Assembly: GCA_023129535.1 (NCBI GenBank)
Contig: JAGMBW010000116.1
Location: forward strand, 1-52,353
Length of the DNA: 52,353 bases
Direction: 5' to 3'
Source of the DNA: Desulfobacterales bacterium
GTDB taxonomy: Bacteria; Desulfobacterota; Desulfobacteria; Desulfobacterales; C00003060
The translations under genes and the position numbers were made by a program. Each line of letters begins with the position of its first letter. Position 1 is the first letter of the stretch. The notes below the pieces were generated by a model. That model ran no database searches and was not told the origin of the DNA. It worked only from the letters and a program-made list of their open reading frames with translations. Below, in pieces: positions 19,104-28,423 of this stretch.

Positions 19104-19769
19104 CTAAACTTTTTCCTCTTGTCCGTAGATCGTTGATAGTTGATATGGCCAGAACTGGCATAGAGCGGTCTGGTTGACATTTATGTGTAAACTATTTAAT
19201 TTCGGATTGCCGAGTTGGAAAGCCGGGCATTTGATTTGTGTGATGCATGTGCGCTTGTAATACATTGACATCACTAATTTATTACCATTCCACTCTATGA
19301 TCTGTTGCACGCAAAACGAAATTAAAACGTTGACACTTAGCCGTCTTTGTACATTACCCAATTGGTCTGATCGACAACGATATGGGGACAGCAGGAACTT
19401 TTTGTACATGCGGTAATACTGAATCACCTTCTTCACATACTTTCTTGTTTCCTTCGGGACTTTTAGCTCCTTGCTTACGACATGCGGGCCGGCATTATAG
19501 GCTATCAGGGAGCGTTTCAAGGAGCCAAATTCATCTATATGGCTTCTGAGTAGCCGTGTGCCGCCAAAGATGTTTGCTTTGGGGTCAAACGGATCGAGAA
19601 TACCAATGGCCTTAGCAGTTTCCGGCATGATCTGCATCAATTCACAGGTACCCACCCTATAAACAGAGAGTAATAGAGGGTCAGGGCTCAACATTTGACA
19701 CTTTCGTTGAATGTTGAGACCTGACCCTTTGTCTTTTTCTGCGAACCCGCCCTCTGCCTTCATATCCAA
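19104..19769 (-). CDS. Lytic transglycosylase (SLT) domain ORF, probably degenerate
   Basis: ELMQIMPETAKAIG...AYNAGP are SLT motifs II-IV. No catalytic E-S motif is visible upstream (the position reads ML). No ATG+RBS start. The last ~100 aa look non-protein-like. AT-rich context. Confidence 0.45.
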   Translation of the reverse strand: MDMKAEGGFAEKDKGSGLNIQRKCQMLSPDPLLLSVYRVGTCELMQIMPETAKAIGILDPFDPKANIFGGTRLLRSHIDEFGSLKRSLIAYNAGPHVVSKELKVPKETRKYVKKVIQYYRMYKKFLLSPYRCRSDQLGNVQRRLSVNVLISFCVQQIIEWNGNKLVMSMYYKRTCITQIKCPAFQLGNPKLNSLHINVNQTALCQFWPYQLSTIYGQEEKV

Positions 19770-19835
19770 AAGGGTAACTGATATGATAAGATTTTTTCAC
19801 GTTACTAGATAACAGTCTCGTGACCTCGTGCATAT

Positions 19836-20510
19836 TTATGATGTAATCCTCTGCTCTTTACGACGGCAGGTTGCTATATAAGTTACAATGCTACCTATCA
19901 TTGACATGTAAAATCCAGTCCCCAAATGTTTAAATAATACAAGGATGTTTTTTCCTGCATTAACTTGTTTTTTATCAAGTTGCTCATAGAATTTATCAAA
20001 ATCCTTTGAGTGCTCTGAAAGTAATTTTTCGAAAAACGTCTTTGTGGCTCCTGCTAAGTCCTCTACCGTTGTAATTTCAACGATAAATATACATAAGAAG
20101 AGTACTGACAATACTGGAAGAAGCGTCTCAAGGCGTCTTATTGTCTTGCTGATGGTATAGTCTTCTGTATCTCTATTAAAGATTTGATAAACACGCAGTG
20201 CCACTAAAATCACCGCAGATAATAAAACTATCACTCCGTAAGGTATCTTTATGAAAAATATATGGTAGTTAAAACCATTACAGGTATAAGCTAGGTAATT
20301 AGTGAAAAAAGACTCCCTCAAATATACCCACGGTAGAAAACATCCAATAATCATAAGCAAAATGCCAACCCCTATAGTTATATCCTTTTTATCTAAATAG
20401 GGTTTTAGTTTCGAGCCATCTAACATACTTGCACAATGTTTACATTTAATGGCATTTTCCTTTATTATCTCTCCACAAAAGGGACATTCCTTATAGCCTT
20501 CTTTTAACAT
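19836..20510 (-). CDS. Zinc-ribbon membrane protein
   Basis: CPFCGEIIKENAIKCKHCAS, then 4-5 TM helices. Strong RBS AAGGAGG. AT-rich. Confidence 0.7.
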   Translation of the reverse strand: MLKEGYKECPFCGEIIKENAIKCKHCASMLDGSKLKPYLDKKDITIGVGILLMIIGCFLPWVYLRESFFTNYLAYTCNGFNYHIFFIKIPYGVIVLLSAVILVALRVYQIFNRDTEDYTISKTIRRLETLLPVLSVLFLCIFIVEITTVEDLAGATKTFFEKLLSEHSKDFDKFYEQLDKKQVNAGKNILVLFKHLGTGFYMSMIGSIVTYIATCRRKEQRITS

Positions 20511-21156
20511 AGTAAATACCTCCTTAATACTTAGATGTCATGCATATTTTCAGCTAAAATGTTTATGCTTTCAATCTATGAAAGCATAAGCGAAACAACT
20601 AAGCTGCCTAACCTATGTTTCACGCAGTCAGATTTCTACGAATATTTCTAATTATAACAAATCATTAGGGATTTCCCCAAAAAAATGTTGCGTGAGCCTT
20701 TTCTTTTTAACCGCTGTTATTTCTTAATAATTACAACTTGTTAAATCACAGAAAAGGTATTCGCCCTCAATTTCAACTGCGCGGTTTGCTTGAATTCAGC
20801 GGCCGCTGTAAGCGGTCGGCTGAAATGAGGGTTAGGCTAACTCGCTACTATTATAGAAAAACCCGTTGCTGAAAAACAGTTTGCAAAAAGGTCATAATGT
20901 GAGGCACGACGCGCTCAGCCACTGTTTCTGTCAAGAATGAAGACCTGAACCCGATGTCTTTCCCCGGTCCACCGGTGAATAGGGCAAAGTTATTCAACTC
21001 AGTCAACGACGTCCCGAAAGTTCTCAATCTCTCTGCTTTTTCGGTGTGCTCGGATACACTACCGGACGCGAAGCTTTCTGGAAAAATAAATCTGTCCCAT
21101 CTTTCCGAATCCGTCCGCTTTTCCAGTGAGGTCTAAACGTCAACTTCGGAATGCTT

Positions 21157-22008
21157 CTATTCTGGAATCGAACGCTCAATAGGTAATTCCAGACTTGCCA
21201 TGCTGGATATATCATTCTTGGAGTGAGGGCTGTTCCGCGGGGTCAGGTAATACTTCACCAGTTTCCTTCTGTTGTCCTTATCCGCTACAAACAGATAAAG
21301 TGTCCCTTCCAAGCCGATATCCGCGGGACGTCCCAGAACAAGGCTCAACTCCCACGGTGCAATCCATTCCTTGCCTGCTTGCGAAAAGCTCAGCCTACGG
21401 GAATCTTGGCGGTAATATTTGTCTGTCTTAATGACGCTGTAAATATACATGGGACCAAAGGGTTCCACCCTGCTGATCACTCTTCCGGTTGCGACAAAGC
21501 TTGCCCGTGGGATTAAATCCGCTCTCTCTGGATATTCCACTTGGATACTCATCACCACATTCCCGCGCGGTTCCGTTGCGGATGGCGTTTCGGTTGCACG
21601 TGACAATATGTCCTGGAAGCTGCTTCTCACCGAACCAATGTGCCTCTCCTTCCAGGTTTTATAAATGGCCTGCTTTATCAGACCAAGGTCATCGTACCTA
21701 TCTGCTGTAACATAGTCATTGTACCTTACCCCCAACAATGCCTTAAACTTTCCGTTTATGACCTCCAATGGAATCGGATCGATAATTCTGCTGCTGCCAA
21801 TCACCCTTAATACGCCGTCCGCTAATGCCCTGTAAGCGGGATCACTCAATAGCCACTCCCGAACGTGCATGGTATGGCCAGGCACTTCGGTTAATACTAC
21901 GTTCGCGCGTTTCAATCTGTCTTCGATGGCCAGTGGCTGGCCATGAGTCGGGACGGAACTAGCAAGTACGACAGCTACCAACGCGAAAAACAAATGGTAT
22001 TTTTTCAT
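21157..22008 (-). CDS. Secreted hypothetical protein
   Basis: The ATG at 22008 is preceded by AAGGAGGG. Signal peptide MKKYHLFFALVAVVLASSVPTHG. Family not recognised. Confidence 0.65.
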   Translation of the reverse strand: MKKYHLFFALVAVVLASSVPTHGQPLAIEDRLKRANVVLTEVPGHTMHVREWLLSDPAYRALADGVLRVIGSSRIIDPIPLEVINGKFKALLGVRYNDYVTADRYDDLGLIKQAIYKTWKERHIGSVRSSFQDILSRATETPSATEPRGNVVMSIQVEYPERADLIPRASFVATGRVISRVEPFGPMYIYSVIKTDKYYRQDSRRLSFSQAGKEWIAPWELSLVLGRPADIGLEGTLYLFVADKDNRRKLVKYYLTPRNSPHSKNDISSMASLELPIERSIPE

Positions 22009-22019
22009 CTCAGCCCTCC

Positions 22020-22622
22020 TTATTGGGATAGTTCGTGAAAAACAAGGCACCTGATCTGTTGAACCGCTAACTCTTGCGTAATCTCACCTCGCAACTTCAC
22101 GGTTCGATTTGAAAAGAAATCGGCATCCACATTATGTCTGTACATATTATTGTGTATTGTGTTGATCATCAATACTGCGTTCCCCTCGACTATTCCGAAA
22201 CAAATGGATTGAATACTCTCAAGCGGGTACAGGCTGTTGTTGAAAGACAGATTTTGTCCTTTCAGTTCAGGCCAAAGCGATATATCGATTTGGCCATAGT
22301 ACGTATTCTCATACTTGTCTATGATTCGTTGCGCTTCAGGAGACGGCAACGGTCTATCATCGGGAGATCGACTATCTGTGATGCGCTTCGCAAGTTCCGT
22401 ATTCTCGTTGTATAAAGCAACCAACTGGGTCGTTAGATCATTTATCGACTCCTCCATAGAATGTATCGTTTCTACATAGATCCTGAGTTTCTTATCGTAA
22501 TCCGCGCTTGCACTGAGAAACGAATGCCAGATAAAGGCCGCTATTATTCCCAATATGATGGCAAGCGCTTGAGCCAGGACTGTTATCCAGAATTGCTTAC
22601 GAGTATTTTTGTCATCGCTCAT
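22020..22622 (-). CDS. N-terminally membrane-anchored hypothetical protein with a coiled-coil segment
   Basis: RBS AAAGGAG. TM helix FWITVLAQALAIILGIIAAFIW. Family not recognised. Confidence 0.6.
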   Translation of the reverse strand: MSDDKNTRKQFWITVLAQALAIILGIIAAFIWHSFLSASADYDKKLRIYVETIHSMEESINDLTTQLVALYNENTELAKRITDSRSPDDRPLPSPEAQRIIDKYENTYYGQIDISLWPELKGQNLSFNNSLYPLESIQSICFGIVEGNAVLMINTIHNNMYRHNVDADFFSNRTVKLRGEITQELAVQQIRCLVFHELSQ

Positions 22623-22948
22623 GTCACACTCCTTTCCCGTACTGCCATCTTAAGACTTGATATCTCTTGTTCCATCTTAATTTCCTCGTTTGACAACGCT
22701 TTTTAGGTTTCTCTCCGGCCCAAGATGGAGGTCCCTCGAAATGACCGCCCTGCTGCTCATTAAGCAACTCTTTCAACAGAAGCTCCGCTGCCCAGAATCC
22801 CCTCATCCCCTTTGATTGAAAATACAAAACTCAAAATGTCACGGATGTGCCACCTTCCCATCTGATCTTTCAACGGAACTGTCGGAACCATCTCCCCCTT
22901 TTCGACTCTCTTTATCATCAATTACTGTTTGGAGATATTTGCAAACAA

Positions 22949-22997
22949 GGGTGCTTCATTCTTCACAGGCTTCGGTTTGTTGTCAAGAATGAAGACC
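22949..22997. repeat. Hairpin carrying the 16-mer GTCAAGAATGAAGACC
   Basis: GGTGCTTCATTCTTCACA / TGTCAAGAATGAAGACC. The same 16-mer recurs at 20930-20945. Confidence 0.6.
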
Positions 22998-23131
22998 CCA
23001 AAAGTTCAAATGACACTTCCCGAAAGGAGGTGTTCCTAATGCCAATGCCCTTTTTTCTTAGGGTGGGAACGAAGGCGCCCCGTTGTGAACGAGGTGAAGA
23101 ATATTCACATCTGATCTGAGAAGCTGAATTG

Positions 23132-24463
23132 TTATCTATATCCCAATCTTTCAATCCACATGGCCGGAAAGTCCCAATAAAGGGCATCAGGCGAGGGTCT
23201 GGCCTTCAATACGTTGGCCTTAACCTCAGCAAGCCTTCCCGTTTTGTTCTTAACAAAATTCTCGCCGCTAATCCTTATATCTATGGACACCCCGCCACAG
23301 CTTGGAAGAGACAACTTGGCTATCTGGTAGCCTCCTGGGTAATCACGACGGTGCTCAAATCCCTTGACATGGGACAGGCCGGGCAGGGTGCGGTTGACAT
23401 GGGTTCTCTTAACGGGGTATCGATTTAGCAGATAATTTAGGTTGAGTCCTGCTTCCGAGAGCGCATCCTGGTATTTCATGATCTTTGCCAGCGCTACAAA
23501 CTTGAAAAGTGACTCAAGCTCGGTGTAGATTGGCTTTGTTCGAGATATTTGTTCGTACTTTACGGTAAAATTCTCCGAAAATGTCTGGGCTAAGGGGTTT
23601 GCTCTACCACTACCAGCTACTTGTCCCCTTTTGGTGAGAAACTCTTCCTCAGTTAAAAGCTTCACCTGACATCTCTTAATCAGAACTACACCCTTGTCTT
23701 CCACATATCGGTTCTCACCTGGGAAGAACCAGAATCTGTTTAGACAACTAAGAGGGATAGAGATAGGCCGATTTTGGATTACATCCTCTTTGGCCTTACT
23801 TAATGTCATGTCGGTAAGGCTTTCAAATCCGTCAATTGCAAGAGAGACAGAGCCGTTAACAAGCCTCTTCATATAGTAGTCTGCATCCACTGTGATTTTG
23901 GCAAAGCGGGAATCAAAGGGAATGCCCAAAACCCTTACTTTCTGGTGCTCACCACAGATGGTATGCCACTTTCGAAGAGTGTTTTGCATTTTCCCTGAAC
24001 CTGACAAAATGCCTCTGCCTACCTGTTGAAGCCTTTGAATTGTCTTTGGATTAGGGTCAATAGAGCAGCCTGGAGCAGAATAGTAGTAGGTGTTTCCCTT
24101 TAAGGGTGCATATTTCCACCAGGCATTTCTGAGGGCAATGACAAAACCTTCAAGATATAGGGGAGGGGAGGAGGTGGTATCAACCTTTCCCACCAGGATA
24201 AGGTCTTGGTTTTTCTCATCTATAACAAAGCCGCATATCTTCTTCAAACCACAGAGTTCAAGGATGTTTTCAGGGCATTTCCTTTTAGCCATACACCGTT
24301 TGGCTCTTTCCTGAAGCACCTTAAGAGAGACAGCCCGACCCTTGAAGGGCTGACTTGGCTGCTGCTTATGATCAGTAGCCAAGGTGACTGTGGCCATAAA
24401 GAGCGCCAGCAGTAAAGTAACCAAACACATCCCAAATCTTCTCATCAATCCTCTGCTTTGCAT
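23132..24463 (-). CDS. Secreted DUF1598-like protein
   Basis: Signal/TM GMCLVTLLLALFMATVTLA. The blocks LILVGKVD...PLYLEGFVIALRNAW, VRVLGIPFDSRFAKITVDADYYMKRL and RFWFFPGE resemble DUF1598 as I remember it. Start taken at the ATG at 24463, which abuts the upstream stop. Confidence 0.5.
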   Translation of the reverse strand: MQSRGLMRRFGMCLVTLLLALFMATVTLATDHKQQPSQPFKGRAVSLKVLQERAKRCMAKRKCPENILELCGLKKICGFVIDEKNQDLILVGKVDTTSSPPLYLEGFVIALRNAWWKYAPLKGNTYYYSAPGCSIDPNPKTIQRLQQVGRGILSGSGKMQNTLRKWHTICGEHQKVRVLGIPFDSRFAKITVDADYYMKRLVNGSVSLAIDGFESLTDMTLSKAKEDVIQNRPISIPLSCLNRFWFFPGENRYVEDKGVVLIKRCQVKLLTEEEFLTKRGQVAGSGRANPLAQTFSENFTVKYEQISRTKPIYTELESLFKFVALAKIMKYQDALSEAGLNLNYLLNRYPVKRTHVNRTLPGLSHVKGFEHRRDYPGGYQIAKLSLPSCGGVSIDIRISGENFVKNKTGRLAEVKANVLKARPSPDALYWDFPAMWIERLGYR

Positions 24464-24465
24464 CT

Positions 24466-25311
24466 CTATTCCCCCGTTTCCGGAATATCTACAGGCCACG
24501 AGAGGGTATCTTCTGAAGGACGTGAGTCTAATACCCTCTCCTTCACCTCACTACCCCCTTTTCCCCCCATGGTTGAGGTAGGGGCAATGTAGACGCCGCC
24601 AGGGCTTTGAGCGGAAATTTGAGGAGGACCAACCTCAGGAAGCCAGCCAGGAAGACGGGAGGGGTCTGTGGTTCCCCACAAAACCTCAGCATAATCCTTC
24701 AATTCTCTGTGACTTCCTGGAAATTTGTGAGACATTACTTGAACCCCTTCATTGGTTAAAGCCTTGTTGTATAAGTCCAGTACCCAGTCACCACAATTTA
24801 CAGAATGTCCTTTAGGAAATTGAGAAAATTCATATTTTCCATAAGTGCTCCCTAAATCCTTCTCCGCCATTTTACATACGTTTTCACGAATTCCATTCTT
24901 TACCCCTTCAGGAAGGGCAGAAAGGGTGGTTATTTCCCCATTGTGGCGAACAGGTATTTGGCTCTCAAGCAAAGAGTAGAAACCAGGATCTTTGAACCTG
25001 CTTTCGTCTGTCGAGTGGGAGGGTCTAACAACACCATTACCTTTTTTGATTCCCAGGTCGATAACATCATATGATGTTCCGACCTTTGTTCTGTTACCAG
25101 TGTATACCCCAATGTGGGGAATCCCTCCAATGGGACCCAAGGTTTTTCCCTTATGGCGAATAATAAGGTCACCTGGTTTAGCTGGAAATTTCGGCGGAGC
25201 AGGACGCCAAATGGTATCCTCCCAAGTCTCCTGTCCGCTAACCGTAAGAGGCTTGATGGAAAGAAAGGTCAGGACAATAAGAAACATGGTAATTGCTTTC
25301 CAGATCCTCAT
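24466..25311 (-). CDS. Secreted LRAT / NlpC-P60-superfamily (permuted papain-like) protein
   Basis: The ATG at 25311 follows GGGGTGGGA. Signal peptide present. His block HIGVYTGN lies upstream of the Cys block NCGDWVLDLY, the circularly permuted H...C order of the LRAT-like clade. Confidence 0.55.
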   Translation of the reverse strand: MRIWKAITMFLIVLTFLSIKPLTVSGQETWEDTIWRPAPPKFPAKPGDLIIRHKGKTLGPIGGIPHIGVYTGNRTKVGTSYDVIDLGIKKGNGVVRPSHSTDESRFKDPGFYSLLESQIPVRHNGEITTLSALPEGVKNGIRENVCKMAEKDLGSTYGKYEFSQFPKGHSVNCGDWVLDLYNKALTNEGVQVMSHKFPGSHRELKDYAEVLWGTTDPSRLPGWLPEVGPPQISAQSPGGVYIAPTSTMGGKGGSEVKERVLDSRPSEDTLSWPVDIPETGE

Positions 25312-25621
25312 GTGATTCCCACCCCTCTTGACTAAAAAATTCACCGCTTGCTGCTAAAGCCCAGCTTCCCGGCAAAGGCTGTTGCCATCTCAACAAGTTC
25401 CCACACCGCCCAATAGCAAAATAGCCTTGGCGGATGGACTATTTGTGCCTTCTTGCATTGGCAATATATGTCCTCGGACTTCATTATAGCCGGTGACAAG
25501 TCATCTCATTACAGTGGCTATGGGGATAGTGCCCGTTCTGAGCATATGATGGAGAATGCCTGGTGAGTCGATGCGTGCTTTATGTGGTTACAGAGAATGT
25601 ATGCAAAAGCGCTTCCCACTG

Positions 25622-26521
25622 TCAATTTATAATTTTGTGGATCTGCCCCTTTCCCTTCACTATAAAGTACAAGCGAATCTTTTCAAGTTTTTTGCGGCCA
25701 ATTCCTTTTACTTTGAGCAAGTCATCGACGCTTTTGTAAGGCCGTCCAGCAATGATTCTCGCGGCAAGAACAGGGCCGATTCCTTTAATAGACTGGAGTT
25801 CCTTTTCAGTGGCGGTATTCAGGTCAAGCAAGCTTCGTGGGAGTTGGGCTTTTTTTACCTGGGTTTGTAGCTCCTGTAATTCGCGCTCTTCTCTGCGTTG
25901 TTTGTCGCGGAGCTCCACAATCCGATCCGGGTCACTCTCCGACCAAATGCCGGCACGTTTCAACATAGCCGAAATCTCCAGATCGTGGAGTCTTTCGAAT
26001 ATTTGGTTGCGCGGTATTCCATCGGGCGTTTTCCTGCCTACCCCATGAGTACGAGCCCAACCATTCTTGACGAGTAGACTTGCCAAATCATTTCCGTCGG
26101 CTGTGGTAATGAATCCATATACCCGGCCTTTTGACGACCTTCCCAATGCACTTGCGAAGGCCGTATGTAGAGTAAAAGATTTAGCAAGAATGCGCTGAAC
26201 GAAAGTTTTCGCCTCATTGCCGAAATGAATGGTGCGGGCCGCGTTGCATAATCCAAAATAGCGTGTTTGTTCCCGCACCCGGCGAGCATCGCTTTTGGAG
26301 CCAGTGGAGGTTTCGGGACAGTCAACAAAATAAAGTCTCACACGGAGTTGTTTTCCAGCAGCAACCACAAGGAAGCTATCACCATCGTTTTCAGGATTGT
26401 CCACCAGTTGAATGTTGGAAAACATTTGCAAATCAGCGGCAAATAATGGAAAAATACCACTAAACATCAATAGGGCTGTTGCGAATAAAAACGTGATGAC
26501 AAATTTTATGAATCTACTCAT
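25622..26521 (-). CDS. Exported staphylococcal-nuclease (SNase)-like nuclease fused to a ComEA-type helix-hairpin-helix DNA-binding domain
   Basis: N-terminal TM/signal. LRVRLYFVDCPE and KGRVYGFITTADGNDLASLLVKNGWA are SNase blocks. C-terminal LDLNTATEKELQSIKGIGPVLAARIIAGRPYKSVDDLLKVKGIGRKKLEKI is a ComEA-like (HhH)2. Confidence 0.7.
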   Translation of the reverse strand: MSRFIKFVITFLFATALLMFSGIFPLFAADLQMFSNIQLVDNPENDGDSFLVVAAGKQLRVRLYFVDCPETSTGSKSDARRVREQTRYFGLCNAARTIHFGNEAKTFVQRILAKSFTLHTAFASALGRSSKGRVYGFITTADGNDLASLLVKNGWARTHGVGRKTPDGIPRNQIFERLHDLEISAMLKRAGIWSESDPDRIVELRDKQRREERELQELQTQVKKAQLPRSLLDLNTATEKELQSIKGIGPVLAARIIAGRPYKSVDDLLKVKGIGRKKLEKIRLYFIVKGKGQIHKIIN

Positions 26522-26575
26522 AATCGAACGTCGTGCTCTGTTTGGAGCGTAAACATGAGTTGTAAAAGTGGAACC

Positions 26576-27250
26576 TTATATTTCCCTGATCTTTTCTATC
26601 TGAATTTCCAGAGGCTCCAATTCTTCCTCCCGCCCGAGCTTCCGCAACCGTTCTCGAAGCTTTTCAATTGCCTCTTCGAGCTGGGGCAATAATTCCTTCC
26701 GTATCTTTTCCCGCGCCAACTTGCCAGATCGCTTCATCTCTTCTGCCAGACGCTCCAATTCCTTTTCAAGCTTTTTGAACTCCTCACTTTCAGGAACTCT
26801 TCTTAAGTCCTCGAAGAATTGCTCGAACTGTTTTTTAAGATCCTCAAGCCCTTTTTCAAAGTCCGCCGAGATCTTACTGAAAATAGCTAAAAACTTGGTG
26901 GAGCCTTCAACAATCGCACCGTCCTGTAGAGGTGTTCCCCCTCTTCCGGTTTGGATCATTTGAATGGCCTTGCTTCCCTTATTTCGGAGATCCGCTATGA
27001 TGAAAAACTTGGAGTTCTCTGTAGCAGCGTTTGCAAAATGGTTTTTGATTTGCAAGTCTGCCACGTAATAGCCATCTACCGAATATGACACGCCTGTCAC
27101 TTTGCCTATGTGATTGTGCTCAAAAATTAGCCGGTCGCCTTCTTTAAGCCCTTGAATCTGATCATATCGGATCTTGATATTGAGGGCACTGTCTCCGCAC
27201 CCCCAAAATGCCAAAGCTAACATGAACAGAATCAAAATTCTTTTAAGCAT
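26576..27250 (-). CDS. MlaD/MCE-domain lipoprotein with a charged helical tail
   Basis: Lipobox LALAFWGCG (start ATG 27250). GLKEGDRLIFEHNHIGKVTGV..ADLQI is an MlaD-like beta-barrel block. E/K/R-rich C-terminal helix. Confidence 0.6.
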   Translation of the reverse strand: MLKRILILFMLALAFWGCGDSALNIKIRYDQIQGLKEGDRLIFEHNHIGKVTGVSYSVDGYYVADLQIKNHFANAATENSKFFIIADLRNKGSKAIQMIQTGRGGTPLQDGAIVEGSTKFLAIFSKISADFEKGLEDLKKQFEQFFEDLRRVPESEEFKKLEKELERLAEEMKRSGKLAREKIRKELLPQLEEAIEKLRERLRKLGREEELEPLEIQIEKIREI

Positions 27251-27710
27251 ACTCTGCCCACGCTCAGTAACTTGAGAGTCCAAAGTTCCCCGAAACGTTT
27301 CGGGCATGATTCTCTAAAGACCTGAAATCATTGATTCTGGTATTTCAAAGGTATTTTTTTCGGTTCTAACAATTTCAATGGGTTACGAGAACTTTAGACT
27401 GTCCAGTTATTTATGCCAATTTATTTTATAGCCAGTCAATATGGGAACACTGTCTTTGGTAATTATGTGCGTATGGACAACAAAAGACGTAATCTCTTTG
27501 AATCCATCCATAATCATGAGAACTTTGCTTGCAAAGGATGGTGGTGGTTTGTAAGCACATCAGCATATAAAATATAGAAGAAAATCATGGGTGAATATCG
27601 CAAATAAAAGCTACTCATAAAAATACCTCACAATCCTTTTTTGCGATTGAAGGACAATCAGCTAAAAAGGAACGCTCAGAATGAATCCGTGTCGAGTTCG
27701 AATTTTGCCG

Positions 27711-28376
27711 TTACCTCTCTGAGTATACCAATAATATCTCAATCCTACGATTGGCCGCCTTCCCCTCCTCTGTGTCGTTGGGCATGATGTAATTATACTC
27801 ACCGTAACCGGCTGCGCCCAGGAATCTCTTATCGGACAGGGAAGGCAGCAAGATTTTGTGCTTCAGGAAATACTTGGTTATGTAAACTGCACGTGCTGTA
27901 GATAGCTCCCAGTTAGAAGGATAACGTTTTGAATAAATTGGAGTCGTGTCTGTGTGTCCTTCGATATAGATTTGATCAAACAACCTGTTTTCATAGTAAG
28001 TCCGGTGCAGTATTTCCCCTAAGGCGTCAAGGAATTTGAAGCTTTCCATTCTGTCGGGTGGGATTTCCGCCTTGCCCAAAGGAAACAACAAGGCACTGCT
28101 AAATCGCAACTTTTGGTGGTCGCCAATGGTTTCACACTGAATAGTATCCTTTGGTATCTTTCCTGTTGTCTCCATATCCTTAATCATTTGGACAAGGCGG
28201 CCCTGACGGTTCTTGATCTCGATTCTCTTTAGCGCATCACTAAGAAAAAAGCTTATGTGTTGTATAATCATGAAAAGTAGCAAAATCATCAGAGTGGCGA
28301 TGATGACATCAACCAGGGCCGGCCAGATATTCGGCATGGTGTTGCGGCTTTGATAGTATACATTTTTACGGTTCAT
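27711..28376 (-). CDS. MotB/OmpA-family stator subunit (ZorB-like)
   Basis: TM helix with a conserved Asp (IWPALVDVIIATLMILLLF). C-terminal OmpA-like peptidoglycan-binding domain IEGHTDTTP...NWELSTARA...NRRIEILL. The start is uncertain (TTG 28448, ATG 28376 or ATG 28337). Confidence 0.8.
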   Translation of the reverse strand: MNRKNVYYQSRNTMPNIWPALVDVIIATLMILLLFMIIQHISFFLSDALKRIEIKNRQGRLVQMIKDMETTGKIPKDTIQCETIGDHQKLRFSSALLFPLGKAEIPPDRMESFKFLDALGEILHRTYYENRLFDQIYIEGHTDTTPIYSKRYPSNWELSTARAVYITKYFLKHKILLPSLSDKRFLGAAGYGEYNYIMPNDTEEGKAANRRIEILLVYSER

Positions 28377-28423
28377 TGTTGAAATTTTTTGAAAGATAAC
28401 TAAGCATTTGGGGTCAAATGGTA

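Noticed and set aside
20762-20837. Possible integron attC site (imperfect palindrome ending in GTTAGGC = GTTRRRY)
   Set aside because: There is no matching RYYYAAC box at attC distance, no IntI integrase, and no series of similar sites after the neighbouring genes. Kept only as a minor observation.
22624-22827. 67-aa minus-strand ORF upstream of the 200-aa membrane protein
   Set aside because: No RBS or recognisable motif. It may be real but cannot be supported from sequence alone.
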